Notes under the pieces: model-generated | The model's database searches: none | What the model was told of the DNA's origin: nothing | What the model saw: the letters and a program-made list of their open reading frames with translations, nothing else | NCBI GenBank assembly: GCA_965205955.1 | Contig: OZ242192.1 | Location: 1,541,118 to 1,605,117 of the forward strand | DNA length: 64,000 bases | From: Gammaproteobacteria bacterium | GTDB lineage: Bacteria; Pseudomonadota; Gammaproteobacteria; Eutrophobiales; Eutrophobiaceae | Direction of reading: 5' to 3' | In this document: piece by piece, positions 26,083 to 39,894 of the stretch | Layout of the letters: every line of letters starts with the position of its first letter | How positions within the stretch are numbered: position 1 is the first letter of the stretch | Translations under genes and position numbers: made by a program

Positions 26083-29000
26083 TTGTATCTCCCCATGAGA
26101 TTGTCCAGCATAAAATTATCCGGATTCAAATCCTTTGTCGATCCAACCACGCTACACATATCAGGAAATCTGCTTGGCATTGTCGGTCCGAATGGCTGTG
26201 GTAAATCGAATATCATCGATGCGCTGGTATGGGTAATGGGCGAAAGTTCCGCCCGGCATCTGCGCGGTGATGCCCTGACCGATATTATTTTCAACGGCTC
26301 CAGTCAGAGAAAACCTATCAGTCAGGCCTCCGTTGAACTGATTTTCGATAATAGCGAAAAAAAACTGGGCGCCCAGTATTCCTCGTACAACGAAATTTCA
26401 ATAAAACGTCAAATCAATCGTGATAGCGTCTCCATCTATTATTTGAATGGCAGTCGTTGTCGCAGGCGTGATATTACCGCCATATTTTTGGGCACCGGTC
26501 TGGGGCCTCGCAGCTATGCCATTATTGAGCAGGGCACGGTATCGCGCTTGATTGAGGCCCGGCCTGAGGAATTGCGGGCATTCATCGAGGAGGCGGCGGG
26601 TATTTCCAAATACCGGGTGCGGCGCCGGGAGACAGAAAAACGCATTGAATATACGAAGAATAATATAAATAGAATCAATGATATAACAAAAGAAGTTAAT
26701 GTTCAACTTAATCATATTCAACGGCAGGCAAAAGCCGCCGAGCGCTTTCAGGCCCTGAAAAAAAAGCAGCGTGCCCTGAAATCGGAATATCTGGCGCTGG
26801 TCTGGAGGGATTTGAATATCGGATCCGACCGAAAAAAAGAGCTGCTTGGAGAGAGAGAAAACCGGGTGGAAGCGGAAAGAGCCGAGTTACGTTCAATCGA
26901 AGCCGGCATCGAAAAATATCGCGATGAATTGACTCGCGCCGGTGAAAATTTTAACCGGGTACAGTCGGACTATTACAGGATCAGCAGTGAAATTTCGCAG
27001 ATTGAACAAAAAATCCAGCATACGCATGAGAAACAGGCCTCACTGGCAGGAGATCTCGAGCAGGCACGTTTGAATGCCCGGCGAATGCGTGAACAGGATA
27101 CTCGCGACCGAAAACAACTGGAAGAATTGCATGAAAAATTGGCCGATCTCGAACCGAAACTGCACAGCTCGGAAATCGAGAACAGCAAGGCGCATAAAGT
27201 ATTGACGGAAGCCGAATCGGCGATGCAGGTCTGGCAGACTGAATGGGATGCCTATAACCAATCCCATGCTGATTTTGAACGTCACAGCCAGGTTGATCGC
27301 ACCCGCATAGAACATCTCGAGCACAATCTCGATGAGGTGATCAATCGGCGCAAGCAGCTCGAAGATGAGTTGCAAGCGATAAAAGCCTACGGCATACATC
27401 AGCAAACCCGGCAAACCAGGGAAAATTTTAATCAGAAACAATCCGCATTGGCTACGTTGCGCCTGCAACAAACGAATGATCTGGATGATGTGGGGCAAAA
27501 GCGGGAAGCATTGGCCCTCATCGGCAATCAACTGGACGAAATACGTTCGGAGCAGCAAGTACTCAAGGGCAGGCTGGTTTCACTGGAGGAGCTGCAACAG
27601 GAGCATCCCGGCGATAATGAGCGGCTGAAGCGGCACAGTATTGAAACCGCCGGCCGTCTCGCCGAACAATTGAAGATAGATACTGAATGGATGAAGGCGC
27701 TGGAAACCGTCGCCGGCAGTCGTCTGCAGCATTTGTATATCGATGATTTCGAGTCCCTGCTGGAGCGGATAAACGATATAGACCTCGATATCGGTGTGGC
27801 GTCCGGCGGGCCCCGCCCTGAAAAGCATGCAAAGTGGACCAGATTGACTGAAAAAATTAAAAATGACATTTCACTGCCCGCGGTACTGGAATCAGTTTTT
27901 ACCGCCGCCAGTTTTTCCGCCGCGCTGGAGATGCGCAATGAACTGGCGCCGCATGAATCGGTAGTGACTGCCGATGGGGTTTGGCTTGGAACCAATTGGC
28001 TGATTATCAATCGCAACAGGCCGGATGATGCCGGTGTGCTGTTTCGTGAACAGAATATAACGGCACTGCGCAAAAAATTGCAGGAGGTCGGCGCGCAGGT
28101 AGAAATGCTGGAAAAAAAGCGGGATGAAACCGGCCAGGCTCTGGAACGCGCCGAGCACAAGCAAAATAACACCCGGCAGCAGATACAGGATATACAATCG
28201 GAAATAACCGAGTTGAGCGGTACGCTTGCAGCAGACCAGATAGAATCCGAGCAGAGGGCGATTCGTCAAGACCGGATTGCGGATGAACTGGAGAGTTTAT
28301 TGGAGCAGGAACGGCATGAGCGCGATAGCATGAGCAGCATTGACCGGCAATTATCGAACTGCGATGAGGATAAGCGCGCATTGCACGATCGCCATGAAAA
28401 ATTAATCGCCCTGCGGGATGAATATCGCAAGTCTCTGGAGACAGCCCGCTCCGGCTGGCAGAATGCGTATGAAGCGCATCACCGTATAGCGCTGGAGTGC
28501 GAGGCATCACGCTCCGGGCTCGGTTCGCTCCAGCAGGCGATAAAACGAAATGAAACTCAATTATCACAGCTTGACAGCCGCTGCGAACAATTGGAAAGCG
28601 GATTGAATGAGTGCGGTGCGCCGCTGGGCACTTTTGAAGCCGACTTGAAACGCGGGTTGGACGAAAAAAATTCCGTCGAAAAGATGCTGGCCGAAGTCCG
28701 TGCCGATATGCAGGAGGTAGAGGCAAATATGCGTGAACGCGAGCAGGTGCGCAGTCAATGCGAGCAAAAGACTCGTGAATTGAATGCCGCTGTTGAACAA
28801 GCCAATCTGGCCGTAAATGAATACAAGGTCAAATTGCAGGCCGTTGAAGAACAATTGCAGGAAGCCGGCCGGAATGCGGCCGCATTGCTTGAGAATATGG
28901 AAGACCGGGAAAAACAATCGGATTGGAAGGACAAACTGGACGGCATAACGCAAAAAATTCAACGATTGCCGCCGGTCAACCTGGCCGCTATCGATGAATT

Positions 29001-29583
29001 TGCCCAATTGACCGAGCGCAAAACCTACCTCGACAGCCAGCTCAATGATTTGAACGATTCGCTGGCCACACTGGAAAAAGCGATGAACAAGATAGATAGA
29101 GAGACCCGAACCCGCTTTAAACAGACCTTTGACGCATTGAACACCAACCTGGGAGAGATGTTTCCACAGTTGTTCGGCGGCGGCCATGCCCACCTTGAAT
29201 TGACCAGCAACGATTTGCTGGAGACCGGCGCGACGATAATGGCCTGCCCGCCCGGCAAGCGCAACAGCACCATTTATCTATTGTCCGGCGGCGAAAAGGC
29301 GCTGACGGCGATCGCGCTGATCTTTGCGATTTTCAAGCTCAACCCGGCGCCTTTCTGCATTCTGGATGAAGTAGATGCGCCGTTGGACGACAACAATATC
29401 GAACGCTTTGGCAAGCTCGTTGCTTCGATGTCCGAGGAGGTGCAATTTATTTTTGTAACCCATAACAAAATTACCATGGAGATCACTCCGCACCTGCTTG
29501 GCGTGACCATGCAGGAGGCCGGTGTTTCCAGATTGGTATCCGTAGATATTGATGCAGCGGTTAAAATGGCTGCGATTTCATAA
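26083..29583 (+). CDS. smc: chromosome segregation protein SMC
   Basis: Walker A GPNGCGKSN, long coiled coils, hinge, C-terminal LSGGEK and Walker B. Confidence 0.9.
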   Translation: MYLPMRLSSIKLSGFKSFVDPTTLHISGNLLGIVGPNGCGKSNIIDALVWVMGESSARHLRGDALTDIIFNGSSQRKPISQASVELIFDNSEKKLGAQYSSYNEISIKRQINRDSVSIYYLNGSRCRRRDITAIFLGTGLGPRSYAIIEQGTVSRLIEARPEELRAFIEEAAGISKYRVRRRETEKRIEYTKNNINRINDITKEVNVQLNHIQRQAKAAERFQALKKKQRALKSEYLALVWRDLNIGSDRKKELLGERENRVEAERAELRSIEAGIEKYRDELTRAGENFNRVQSDYYRISSEISQIEQKIQHTHEKQASLAGDLEQARLNARRMREQDTRDRKQLEELHEKLADLEPKLHSSEIENSKAHKVLTEAESAMQVWQTEWDAYNQSHADFERHSQVDRTRIEHLEHNLDEVINRRKQLEDELQAIKAYGIHQQTRQTRENFNQKQSALATLRLQQTNDLDDVGQKREALALIGNQLDEIRSEQQVLKGRLVSLEELQQEHPGDNERLKRHSIETAGRLAEQLKIDTEWMKALETVAGSRLQHLYIDDFESLLERINDIDLDIGVASGGPRPEKHAKWTRLTEKIKNDISLPAVLESVFTAASFSAALEMRNELAPHESVVTADGVWLGTNWLIINRNRPDDAGVLFREQNITALRKKLQEVGAQVEMLEKKRDETGQALERAEHKQNNTRQQIQDIQSEITELSGTLAADQIESEQRAIRQDRIADELESLLEQERHERDSMSSIDRQLSNCDEDKRALHDRHEKLIALRDEYRKSLETARSGWQNAYEAHHRIALECEASRSGLGSLQQAIKRNETQLSQLDSRCEQLESGLNECGAPLGTFEADLKRGLDEKNSVEKMLAEVRADMQEVEANMREREQVRSQCEQKTRELNAAVEQANLAVNEYKVKLQAVEEQLQEAGRNAAALLENMEDREKQSDWKDKLDGITQKIQRLPPVNLAAIDEFAQLTERKTYLDSQLNDLNDSLATLEKAMNKIDRETRTRFKQTFDALNTNLGEMFPQLFGGGHAHLELTSNDLLETGATIMACPPGKRNSTIYLLSGGEKALTAIALIFAIFKLNPAPFCILDEVDAPLDDNNIERFGKLVASMSEEVQFIFVTHNKITMEITPHLLGVTMQEAGVSRLVSVDIDAAVKMAAIS

Positions 29584-29592
29584 ATTTCCGGG

Positions 29593-32390
<2,798 letters not shown>

Positions 32391-32420
32391 TGGTTGAGTC
32401 AGTAATGTAATGAACAGGCA

Positions 32421-32485
32421 ATGAATATCCAGTAATACCCGCAACAACTTGGCCAGTAATTCAGCGCCGGGAACGCCACCGAGCA
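32421..32485 (+). repeat. diverged copy (~80%) of the first ~65 nt of the RM gene at 35007
   Basis: atgaatatccagtaatacccgcaacaacttggccag...ggaacgccaccgagca is compared with atgaatatccaggaatacctgaaaaaacttggtcaa...ggaacgccaccgagca. Confidence 0.7.
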
Positions 32486-32607
32486 AAGTATCTCAATGCC
32501 AGCAGACCGGTATTTCTCCGCTTCGGGCGAAATGACAACAGGAGCGCCGAGGTTCCACCTGGGTCGCTTCAGCGGCATCACCAACCACCCTGTTTGATGA
32601 TGTCACA

Positions 32608-33078
32608 CTACTTTATGAGCCGGTCATCGTAGTTGAAATCAGTGAGGTCTCCGATAATGAGTGACGCCATATCTTCGTGGGCAGGATTCAAAAGATAATT
32701 GTATTCGCCCGGCACAGTAGCGCTGGGAACCTGTAAAATCAGTGAACTTGCCGATCTCACCCAGCTGTCTCCGGTCGCTTGAACCGAGGGTGCCATATCC
32801 GGGTTTGCCCAATCAGCAGGAAGGTCCATCAGATCAATATGATCAATGCAAGACTCCTCGAACGTCACGGGCATTTTCCTATAGGTCCGAAGAATCTCCG
32901 CACGTCCAAGATGGACAAGGAGTTCTATACTGGCAAGTGCCAGGCTGCTTCCCAGATAAACAATCCGAATACCTTTACTGTTCCAACGCCCGCCATAGAG
33001 AAAGCTGCCTTCTCCTGACAACATCTCCGCAGGCGAAGATGAACAGGCCGGGTCAGCAAGCCGCCACCCTGTGGGCAC
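32608..33078 (-). CDS. RES-domain toxin (NAD+-degrading type II TA toxin family)
   Basis: GGRWNSKG, ASIELLVH and VPSA motifs; 156 aa; start overlaps the upstream antitoxin stop. Confidence 0.75.
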   Translation of the reverse strand: MPTGWRLADPACSSSPAEMLSGEGSFLYGGRWNSKGIRIVYLGSSLALASIELLVHLGRAEILRTYRKMPVTFEESCIDHIDLMDLPADWANPDMAPSVQATGDSWVRSASSLILQVPSATVPGEYNYLLNPAHEDMASLIIGDLTDFNYDDRLIK

Positions 33079-33539
33079 TAGCTGAATATGCCGTGCTGAG
33101 TTCGCCTAATCAGATCTTCAACATCCCGGGCGCCCAATTCAGTATCGGCATGTTCCAGCGGTGTCTCGCCGCCAAGCGCCTCAAGGGGTGTACGCAACCA
33201 TTGCCTGGTTGCGGCACCGTTCCCATGCATCATTTCCAAAGCGGCATCTTTGAGCAGGGCGAAGCGGACCAGCCTGTCAGATTCCTGGGGTCGCAAGCGT
33301 CCCTCCTTCTGTCGCCGTGTGAGTGTAGATGAAGATATCGCCAATAGTGTGGACATATCTTCACGGCTTAACCCGGCCTCTTTTTCCAACAGCCTGAGGT
33401 CATCAAACAGCAGCCCTTTACGAATTTCTTTGACGATCTGCGCATGATGCTTTTTTTCAGAACTAACGCTCCTCATCGTCAAGAAGCCGGCAGGTTTGGC
33501 TGGTCCCTTTCTGGGTTTTGGAATGGTATGGGTTGTCAT
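33078..33539 (-). CDS. Xre-like/DUF2384 antitoxin of the RES toxin (MbcA/ParS-like)
   Basis: C-terminal ...WLRTPLEALGGETPLEHADTELGARDVEDLIRR and an HTH-like middle segment. Confidence 0.75.
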   Translation of the reverse strand: MTTHTIPKPRKGPAKPAGFLTMRSVSSEKKHHAQIVKEIRKGLLFDDLRLLEKEAGLSREDMSTLLAISSSTLTRRQKEGRLRPQESDRLVRFALLKDAALEMMHGNGAATRQWLRTPLEALGGETPLEHADTELGARDVEDLIRRTQHGIFS

Positions 33540-33705
33540 GGCATCAAATGATTAATAAAAATGATTATATGATGATAATACGGCTCTTGCTATAGTATTA
33601 GCAACAAATAGTTTTAGCAATGTAGAGGTAGAGAATTGTAGAAAACAAATAAACTGTCCGGTTTTCATAGACTCCAAGGATGTGTATGCCTATGAGACAG
33701 ACAGA

Positions 33706-33740
33706 CGTATTGACCGGCACCCTACTCGGTGAAAAGTAGC
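33706..33740 (+). repeat. ligA 3'-end remnant
   Basis: cgtattgaccggcaccct matches ligA 32180-32197, and actcggtgaaaagtag matches 32375-32390. Confidence 0.65.
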
Positions 33741-33840
33741 ACTTGGGTCGGCGAGTTTGTCTCGGTATGGAAATGATTGTTAATTATCATAACTTATCAT
33801 GTAGTACTATCTCCGGGTATTCAAAATTTGTGAGAAAACT

Positions 33841-34665
33841 GTGATGAGTAAAGAAATTAGTCCGTACGTTACCAAGCTGCATCAAGGCAATGCTTATTGG
33901 ATGGCCCGCCTTTCCCAGGCCGTTTATAAAAATAAAGATGGCTCCCAAGACCCAGACAATGCCGCAATTCTGAAGGATATTCGGTCAGAAGATAAAGGCT
34001 TCAAATCCGTAATCGGCGCGAACAAAAATAGCGCACAAGCCATACTGGTTGAGCATGAAAAATTTCTATGCATGGCGTTTCGAGGAACCAATGAGTTAAG
34101 CGATTGGTTAGATAATATAAATGCATTTTCCACAGATGTGCTTTTTGGCAGTTTTCACCGCGGATTTTGGAATTCTGTCGCTGATGTATGGGATAAAATA
34201 AATGGCAGATATGAGAAACTCCGCAAAAAGAAGAAACGCCCGTTATTTATAACCGGCCATAGCCTTGGGGGAGCAATGGCCACGATAGCAGCCGCTCGTT
34301 TCATCCATGATGATAGACCCTTTATCTCTGTGTATACTTTTGGACAGCCAAGATGCGCGGGCCGTGATGCTGCAAGAATATTTAATACGGAAGCGGGTGG
34401 GCGTTGTCACCGATTTCAAAATAACGAAGACATCGTTACTCGTGTTCCTGCAAGACTGATGGGCTATAGCCATGTTGGGCACTGTCTTTATATTGACGAA
34501 GACAAGGCTATCCACAGTGATCCTGGATTTTGGTTTAGGTTTTTAGATGTTGTTGAAGGCGCCTATGATAGTATTAAAACAACAGGGTCGGTTGGTATGA
34601 TAAAAGACCATGATATGCAAAAATATATGAACGCCGTTAAGAAATGGGACTATCATAAATCCTGA
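33841..34665 (+). CDS. class 3 (fungal-type) lipase family alpha/beta hydrolase
   Basis: Nucleophile elbow GHSLGGAMA and downstream Asp/His. Confidence 0.75.
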   Translation: MMSKEISPYVTKLHQGNAYWMARLSQAVYKNKDGSQDPDNAAILKDIRSEDKGFKSVIGANKNSAQAILVEHEKFLCMAFRGTNELSDWLDNINAFSTDVLFGSFHRGFWNSVADVWDKINGRYEKLRKKKKRPLFITGHSLGGAMATIAAARFIHDDRPFISVYTFGQPRCAGRDAARIFNTEAGGRCHRFQNNEDIVTRVPARLMGYSHVGHCLYIDEDKAIHSDPGFWFRFLDVVEGAYDSIKTTGSVGMIKDHDMQKYMNAVKKWDYHKS

Positions 34666-35006
34666 TTATTGAAGACACCTTATGGTGATGGCCAAACCCC
34701 CGCTGTTGAGGCGAAAGCGGCTGGAATTGCAGGTAAGTTGCGCCTGAAAAAAGTGGGATGGGGGAAGAAAAGCCCCGGAGGCGGTGAAACAGCGCTTTTT
34801 GAGTCGAGTTCATCGGCATCAATGCCACATATCTGAATAGTAAAAGAGCGTTTCGCATTGAAACTAAAGTTTTCATGTGTTAATCAGATGTTCCGTAATA
34901 GTAAATACTATAGCGGCAACGCCTATCAACCTACCAGATTCAGATTCGAAAGTTTAGCCGGAGAGTTTGACCGGCTGGCAACGACAGCATATACAATGAG
35001 CCGACA

Positions 35007-38000
35007 ATGAATATCCAGGAATACCTGAAAAAACTTGGTCAACAGCTCAGTGCTGGGAACGCCACCGAGCATACCCATCGACCCACCCTGCAAACCCTGC
35101 TGGAACACCTGCTAAAAGGTGTATCGGTAACCAACGAACCGAAACAGATCGAGTGCGGCGCGCCCGATTTTGTCCTGACCCGCAACCAAATCCCTCTCGG
35201 CTACATCGAAGCCAAAGACATTGGCGGCAATCTGGACAATCAGGGTTATAAAGAACAACTGAACCGCTACACCAAATCGCTCGACAACCTGATCTTCACC
35301 AACTACACAGAGTTTCGCCTGTTTCGGGACGGCAAACAGGTGGCGGCGGTGAGCATAGCCGGGGAGAGCGGTGGCCGTATTAAACCGCAGCGCGGCAACT
35401 TCGACGCCTTCACCGACCTGCTGAAAACCTTTGCCGAATACGAAGGCCAGACCATCACCAGCGCCAACGATCTCGCCCGGCGCATGGCGGTGAAAGCGCG
35501 GATGCTGGCCGGGGTGATTACCAAAGCGCTTAAGTACGACGAAAGCAAACACGGCGATCCCGGTTCAGCCGGTGAAATGGGAAGCATGCTGCAAAACCAA
35601 CTGGCCGCATTCCAAAAACACCTGATTCACGACATCGACGCCGACAACTTCGCCGACATCTACGCCCAGACCGTGGCCTATGGAATGTTCGCCGCCCGAT
35701 TACACGATCCCACACCGGCTACCTTTTCACGCAAAGAAGCCGCCGAACTGATTCCGGTCACCAATCCGTTCCTGCGTAAATTTTTCCAGCACATCGCCGG
35801 TTATGACCTGGACGAGCGCATCAGATGGATCATCAACGACCTGGCCGACGTCTTCCGTGCCGCCGACGTCGGCGAATTGATGAAAGACTACGGCAAAGCC
35901 ACCCAGCGAAATGACCCGTTCATCCACTTCTATGAAACCTTCCTCGGCGAATACGACCCAAAACTGCGCAAAGGCCGAGGCGTCTATTACACCCCTGAAC
36001 CGGTTGTCAACTTCATCGTGCGCGCGGTCGATGAAATTTTACAAACCGAGTTTGCGTTTTCCGAAGGTCTGGCGCATACCGGCAAAACCACCATCGAAAT
36101 CGAGGGACAGCCGGTCGGCAAAAAATACAAAAAGGAAATACATAAAGTCCAAATCCTTGACCCCGCTACCGGCACCGGCACCTTCCTCGCCGCCATTGTC
36201 AAGCATATCCGCGAGCAATACTTCACCCGGCAACAAGGCGTCTGGCCTGATTATGTGCAAACCGACCTGATCCCCCGCTTGAACGGCTTTGAAGTCCTGA
36301 TGGCCTCCTATGCGATGGCGCACACCAAACTGGAAATGGTGTTACGCGACAGCGGCTGCGAACTCGACAAACGCCTGCGGATTTTCTTAACCAATTCACT
36401 GGAAGAACACCACCCAGACACCGGCACACTGTTCGCCCAGTGGCTCTCCGCCGAAGCGAATGAAGCGAATTTCATCAAACGCGACACGCCGGTGATGGTG
36501 GTGATTGGCAATCCGCCGTATAGGGGCGAATCGGAGAACAAGGGCGCATGGATTGCCAGCCTGATGCAGGACTACAAACAGGAACCGGGCGGCGGCAAAT
36601 TACAGGAGCGAAACGCCAAGTGGCTCAATGATGACTATGTAAAATTCATCCGCTACGGCCAGTACTACATTGACCGCACCGGGGAAGGTGTGCTCGCCTA
36701 CATCAACAACCACAGCTTCCTCGACAACCCGACTTTTCGCGGGATGCGGTGGAGTCTGCTGCAAAGTTTCGACACGATTTACATCATTGATCTGCACGGC
36801 AACAGCAAGAAAAAAGAAACCGCACCGGACGGCTCAATGGACAAAAACGTGTTTGACATCCAACAGGGCGTCTCCATCAACCTGTTCGTCAAGACCGGTA
36901 AGAAAAATAAAGGTGCGCCGGCTCGCGTGTTTCATTATGACTTGTATGGCCTTCGGGAAAACAAGTATCAGTTTTTATGGGATAACAATCTTGAACAAGT
37001 TCGCTTCAAGGAATTGAAACCGCAGGCGCCGCAATACTTTTTTGTGGTTAAGGATTATGGGTTGCAGGAAGAGTATGAAACAGGTTTTTCTGTCAATGAT
37101 CTGTTTTCGGAAAATTCGGTCGGCATTGTTACCGCACGCGACAATTTCACGATTTATCACACGCCGAAGGAATTGAAAACCGCCATCGCCAATTTCCGGG
37201 CAATGGACGATGCAACAGCCCGTGAAAAATATTCGCTTGGCAAGGATGTCAAAGAATGGAAAACCAATCTAGCAAGACAGGATCTGGAAAAGAATGTGTT
37301 TGACAACAACAACGACAATCCAGTACCCATTCATTACCGCCCGTTTGATGTTCGATACACCTATTACACCGGACACTCAAAAGGGTTTCATTGCAGACCC
37401 CGCGAAGAGATCATGCGACATTTTCTTGCAGGGGATAATGTGGGGTTAATTTTCCATAAACGAGAAGAGTTACAAATAGATTTTGCACACATATTTGTTA
37501 GTCGGCTAATAACAGAACACAGCGTTACCTCAATCAAAACGATAAACTATCAAGCGCCGCTCTACCTCTACCCCGATACCAAACAACAAAGCCTTAACAA
37601 CAAACAGGCACGAGAACCCAACTTAGACCACGACATCCGAAAAACCATCGCCGACGGACTCAACTTGCATTTCACCTCCGAAAAAGAAGACGACAACAAC
37701 ACCTTCGCCCCCATTGACCTGCTCGACTATATCTACGCCGTACTACACTCCCCCGCCTACCGACAACGCTACAACGAACTCCTGAAAACAGACTTCCCCC
37801 ACGTACCCTATCCCACCGACAAAAACCAATTCCGCAAACTAGTCACACTCGGCGGCGAATTGCGCACCCTGCACCTGCTCGAAAGCCCGACACTGAACAG
37901 CCTAATCACCGGCTACCCCGAAACCGGCGACAACGTTGTCATCAAACCCGAATACGAAATCACCGACACCAAAAACCGCCTCGGCAAAGTCCAAATCAAC

Positions 38001-38201
38001 CAAACCCAATACTTCACCGACGTCCCCGAAACCGCCTGGAACTTCTACATCGGCGGCTACCAACCCGCCCAAAAATGGCTAAAAGACCACAAAACCCGCA
38101 CCCTGACCCACAACGACATCATCCACTACCAGAAAATCATCGTCGCCCTGGTGGAAACAGAGCGGTTGATGGGGGAGATTAATGCGGAGATAGACTTTTA
38201 G
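35007..38201 (+). CDS. type IIL/IIG restriction-modification enzyme of the MmeI family (N-terminal PD-ExK nuclease, gamma-class N6-adenine methyltransferase, C-terminal TRD)
   Basis: PD...EAK motif (APDFVLT...GYIEAKD) near the N-terminus, SAM motif DPATGTGTF and catalytic NPPY (VVIGNPPYRGESE); 1064 aa. Confidence 0.7.
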   Translation: MNIQEYLKKLGQQLSAGNATEHTHRPTLQTLLEHLLKGVSVTNEPKQIECGAPDFVLTRNQIPLGYIEAKDIGGNLDNQGYKEQLNRYTKSLDNLIFTNYTEFRLFRDGKQVAAVSIAGESGGRIKPQRGNFDAFTDLLKTFAEYEGQTITSANDLARRMAVKARMLAGVITKALKYDESKHGDPGSAGEMGSMLQNQLAAFQKHLIHDIDADNFADIYAQTVAYGMFAARLHDPTPATFSRKEAAELIPVTNPFLRKFFQHIAGYDLDERIRWIINDLADVFRAADVGELMKDYGKATQRNDPFIHFYETFLGEYDPKLRKGRGVYYTPEPVVNFIVRAVDEILQTEFAFSEGLAHTGKTTIEIEGQPVGKKYKKEIHKVQILDPATGTGTFLAAIVKHIREQYFTRQQGVWPDYVQTDLIPRLNGFEVLMASYAMAHTKLEMVLRDSGCELDKRLRIFLTNSLEEHHPDTGTLFAQWLSAEANEANFIKRDTPVMVVIGNPPYRGESENKGAWIASLMQDYKQEPGGGKLQERNAKWLNDDYVKFIRYGQYYIDRTGEGVLAYINNHSFLDNPTFRGMRWSLLQSFDTIYIIDLHGNSKKKETAPDGSMDKNVFDIQQGVSINLFVKTGKKNKGAPARVFHYDLYGLRENKYQFLWDNNLEQVRFKELKPQAPQYFFVVKDYGLQEEYETGFSVNDLFSENSVGIVTARDNFTIYHTPKELKTAIANFRAMDDATAREKYSLGKDVKEWKTNLARQDLEKNVFDNNNDNPVPIHYRPFDVRYTYYTGHSKGFHCRPREEIMRHFLAGDNVGLIFHKREELQIDFAHIFVSRLITEHSVTSIKTINYQAPLYLYPDTKQQSLNNKQAREPNLDHDIRKTIADGLNLHFTSEKEDDNNTFAPIDLLDYIYAVLHSPAYRQRYNELLKTDFPHVPYPTDKNQFRKLVTLGGELRTLHLLESPTLNSLITGYPETGDNVVIKPEYEITDTKNRLGKVQINQTQYFTDVPETAWNFYIGGYQPAQKWLKDHKTRTLTHNDIIHYQKIIVALVETERLMGEINAEIDF

Positions 38202-38323
38202 AATAACCAAGCATATTCTTCCGTGAGACGTAATTGCTCTAACTAGACAGTCGTCACTGTTAGCGAGGAGAAGACTAAAATCGTGAGGGAGACATCGCTG
38301 GAATCGGGATGATTTCTTCGTAA

Positions 38324-39523
38324 TTGTGGGTTGCGGAATTTGTTTTATTTCCATGTGGGGTTAGTGCCATAAAAAAAATATCTGAAAAAGAAAGGCTTTA
38401 CACCAAGTGGGAAAATGAGCAAAAAAGAACGCCGAAAAGAATCAAGGAAAGACGGAAAAAATTAAAAAGGGAGCAGGAACGGCACAGTCATGCAACATAT
38501 GCCGGTGAAGAATTCAATAAAGTTATTGATGATTACAATAGTAAATCTGGAAATGTCAGCGTTGATAGGCGGCGCAGAGCGACTGTGTGCTTGCCTAGTC
38601 AAATGAATTTTTCGGATTCATTTGAAGAAACGGCACTGACTATCTTAATTATCAGGAAATTTGTTGATAAATATCGGCTGACTCAAAAAAATAAAATTGC
38701 ATATAAATTAAGTTCCATTGATTTTGATGGCTTGGAGGAAATATCAACCTCAGCGGGGCTTGTTCTGGCAGCAACAATCTTTGAGTGGCAAGGAAAAATG
38801 CCAGAAAGAATGATAGCCAATCATGAGGATTGGAACGATTCAATAAAAACTCAGCTGGTTCAGCTGGGATTTTTTGAATTATTTGGGATGCCGGCTCCAG
38901 CAATTGAGATAGAAAAGAGTACAATCAAATCTCTAAAATATATTAGAGGAGCTTCTGGTGACGATGATGGTAAACTTGTGCAGTTCAAAGAAAATCTTCA
39001 ATCTATGCTAGACGTTGATCTATCTAGGCAGAAATGGACTTTTTTGTATTCGGGCCTCTCTGAAGCGATGACAAATGCTTTACAGCATGCATATGAAAAC
39101 ACAGAGGAGAAGCCTTGGTTTATGACGGGGGGCTTTGACACCACGACCAGAGAGTTGAAAATCGTATTTTATGACCACGGCATCGGTATACCTAAGTCTT
39201 TACCCAAAACACATGGGATGGGAAAAGTGCTAAAATTCATCGCAAAATTTTCTCCGAACTACGATGATGCTTCTGCGATACGAGCTGCTGTTGAGATGGG
39301 CAAAACAAGAACAGGGCAAGAGAGCCGAGGAAAAGGTCTTTCGGATATGCTAAAGTTTATCAAAAAGAGGAAATCTGGCTATATGTCCATAATGAGCTTG
39401 AAGGGTTTGTATAAACATAAAAAAACCGGTAAAAATGGTAACGAAAAGCCGGATAAAACAGCGTCTCTTAGCCATCCGATCATGGGTACTCTTATCATTT
39501 GGTCTGTCAAAATTGAGGGTTGA
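38324..39523 (+). CDS. GHKL/histidine-kinase-like ATPase domain protein; start uncertain (alternative ATG at 38603)
   Basis: N-box-like EAMTNALQHA and G1 box YDHGIGIP in the C-terminal half. The region is AT-rich. Confidence 0.5.
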   Translation: MWVAEFVLFPCGVSAIKKISEKERLYTKWENEQKRTPKRIKERRKKLKREQERHSHATYAGEEFNKVIDDYNSKSGNVSVDRRRRATVCLPSQMNFSDSFEETALTILIIRKFVDKYRLTQKNKIAYKLSSIDFDGLEEISTSAGLVLAATIFEWQGKMPERMIANHEDWNDSIKTQLVQLGFFELFGMPAPAIEIEKSTIKSLKYIRGASGDDDGKLVQFKENLQSMLDVDLSRQKWTFLYSGLSEAMTNALQHAYENTEEKPWFMTGGFDTTTRELKIVFYDHGIGIPKSLPKTHGMGKVLKFIAKFSPNYDDASAIRAAVEMGKTRTGQESRGKGLSDMLKFIKKRKSGYMSIMSLKGLYKHKKTGKNGNEKPDKTASLSHPIMGTLIIWSVKIEG

Positions 39524-39867
39524 ATATGGGCATTACTAAAATCAACATAGGTGAAGATTTTTCTAAAACTCCTCGTGGGAGATATCCTGCCGATGGCAAA
39601 AATTCGGGGGAACGATTCAGGGAAAATTTTCTCAAAAAGATTTTCAGCGAGTCGGATAAATATACCCTGCCTGTTGAAATTGTGCTGGATGGTGCGGAAG
39701 GATACGGTTCTTCTTTTTTGGAAGAAGCATTCGGCGGTTTAGTTCGTAAGGGTTATGCGACAGCCGAACAAGCTGATAAAGCCTTTAAATTCACGTACAA
39801 AGACGAAGATTTTGCGTTTTACGAAAGACAGATTCAAATCTATATTGGTGACGCGAAGCCTGAATAA
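39520..39867 (+). CDS. small STAS-like (DUF4325-like) protein, translationally coupled to the ATPase
   Basis: ATGA start/stop overlap with the ATPase; 115 aa; pattern EIVLDGAEGYGSSFLEEAFGGL. The domain call is by resemblance only. Confidence 0.4.
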   Translation: MNMGITKINIGEDFSKTPRGRYPADGKNSGERFRENFLKKIFSESDKYTLPVEIVLDGAEGYGSSFLEEAFGGLVRKGYATAEQADKAFKFTYKDEDFAFYERQIQIYIGDAKPE

Positions 39868-39894
39868 CAGGATTCGGTCGTCGGCAGATCGAAA

